Source: Octopus bimaculoides
Taxonomy: Eukaryota
NCBI RefSeq assembly: GCF_001194135.2
Contig: NC_068999.1
Coordinates: forward strand, 3,273,781-3,337,780
DNA: 64,000 nucleotides
Direction: 5' to 3'
In this document: positions 62,315 to 64,000 of the stretch, piece after piece
Position numbering within the stretch: position 1 is the first letter of the stretch
Layout: each line of letters begins with the position of its first letter
The notes under the pieces: model-generated
Seen by the model: the letters and a program-made list of their open reading frames with translations, nothing else
Told to the model about the DNA's origin: nothing
Databases searched by the model: none
Program-made: the position numbers and the translations under genes

Positions 62315-64000
62315 CAGCCATGTCAGGCGAAGTTCAAATGGATAGGAGCTGACCCATTTAGACACAATCTCTGCTGCAGTATGTCTGTCCTTCTAGCTGC
62401 CACGGCTGTTGTAAATACCGTGGTCAGCAGAGGGACAGACAAGAAAGGCCCTCTACGCAGAGAGAAAGGTTCGCGATAGACAGACAGGCAGAGAGCGAGA
62501 GAAGGGTTCTGACGAAGGGACATGGCAGACTACTTTCTCAGATGAATGATGCAGACACAGACACAAAAACATATTCAGTTCCAACACATCACATCCACAA
62601 ATGTACCTATCCCCTCATAGCAGTTGACAACAACTACCTATAGTGAAGAATTGTGAATACCAACAGCAAATGCAATTCCATTAAATAAATCATTTGAACT
62701 ATGAATTGATGTCATTCAATTATTCATTTCGAAGATTGAAGAAACTGAAGATTTGATGTGACTAAGGGCAAATAACTGTGAAACAGTCTCAGCAGAGAAT
62801 TGAAACTGTATCTGTCTGTCTGCCTCTCTCTCTCTGTCTTAATTTGCTGGAATCAGTTTATCATTGGTTCATCTGACTCCTTCCTTAATGCAGGATTTTT
62901 AAAAAAATGGAATTTTTATTTTCAAACAATTTTTGTTTTGTTTTGATGATAATCTAGCTTTGAAGTTTCCAAGTCAAGTATTGACTACTTCCATCTTGAC
63001 TTCATAAAATTGCATCTCAGCAAAGCAACTAGTCTGTTTAACATACAAACACACTAATACACTCTCATGCACACAAACATCCACTCTGACACACAGATGC
63101 TCTCTCTTACAAACACACACACACACACACCTCACTTATTTTCACTTCCAAGTTAATAAATATTAAGTCTTCATTATAAATTAACTCTATTATTATTATT
63201 ATCATTATTATTATCGGTTGGTTGCAGTAAACCAAAATTGGTTTTCTCCACCCAATCTGGTTTAAACTTTATCAAATCAATAATCCTCCGGTTACACTTG
63301 ATAATATAGTTTAACTCCGAAATCTTTCATCAATCTAGTTTAGTTTTCTCTCTCGACAAACCCAAAATAATGGCTTTCCTTCTTCCCTAATTCTTTCTCT
63401 TAACAATATTTCAGAATTTCTCTCCGAAATATCTACTTTTTAATATACGTTCTTTATTGCCAAGATAATTCCTGCTTCTCAAAAATTGGAAAAACAGTTT
63501 GTCATCTTTTTTTTTTGTTGTTGCTGTTTTTGTTTCCCAATCTCTTTCTTCCTACTCCATCTGTTTAATTCACATTACCAACTTCATTTGTTATTTCTCT
63601 TCTTAATTATTTCTCTCAATATTTATTTTTTTAGGCTTTTTTTATTATTTACTTCTTCCTTCTTGATTTGCACAGTAAAACAGCTGATCTTTAATTATAC
63701 CACATGAGCAGCTTCAAAATTACAAGTTCTGTGCACACACACACACGCACACCACACACACACACACGTGCACATTATATCTCTTTTTCTCTCCCTTTCT
63801 CCTTCTCTCCCTTCTCTCTCTCCCTCTCTCTCCCCTCAGCTTCTCTTATATTCCTCCATTCTAGTGAAAATCTATTTTATTGATTTCAAACTGAAAATCA
63901 TAATTTTCTGTATGGTTCTTCACTGAAAGTCTGGGAAATATTTGCCAGTTAAATATATCTTTGTGATGTTAGCTAATATAGTTTCTGTCCTCACATTGGA

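Larger units (their letters stand above)
1..64000. repeat. Window-wide dense microsatellites: (CT)n, (TA)n, (CA/TG)n, (AAT)n, (CAT)n, (TAGA)n, (TCTG)n
   Basis: Examples: 7-60 (CT)n; 3145-3222 (CA)n; 22185-22275 (TATC)/(TA)n; 35790-35856 (ATT)n; 45595-45665 (TCTG)/(CT)n; 51471-51556 (TA)/(GA)/(TAGA)n. Confidence 0.95.

Overview
Eukaryotic, AT-rich genomic DNA packed with microsatellites, with 7 assembly gaps. The tRNA-derived SINE families and RTE-type (TGA)n tails point to an octopus/coleoid cephalopod (inferred from repeat content). The only protein-coding gene I can support is a + strand DOCK-D family GEF (DOCK9/10/11, zizimin-like). Eight internal exons between 52027 and 61097 splice with canonical GT-AG sites and consistent phases into 311 aa covering the N-terminal DOCK-C/D region and the PH domain. 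The gene continues past the window end; the C2/DHR1 and DHR2 exons are not here. The first 52 kb looks like a very long 5' region/first intron filled with SINEs, RTE-LINE remnants, piggyBac- and hAT-type MITEs, Helentron-like elements, minisatellites and simple repeats. Almost all ORF-track entries are microsatellite, gap or repeat artefacts. The best leads are: two phase-0 candidate alternative first exons (666-845 with a GC donor; 35640-35699 with GTGAGT); a candidate alternative terminal exon plus a perfect DR1 element near 62.3 kb; and an inverted SINE pair starting 14 nt after a coding exon (possible ADAR substrate). I see no evidence of a wholly new biological system, and all leads need RNA data.
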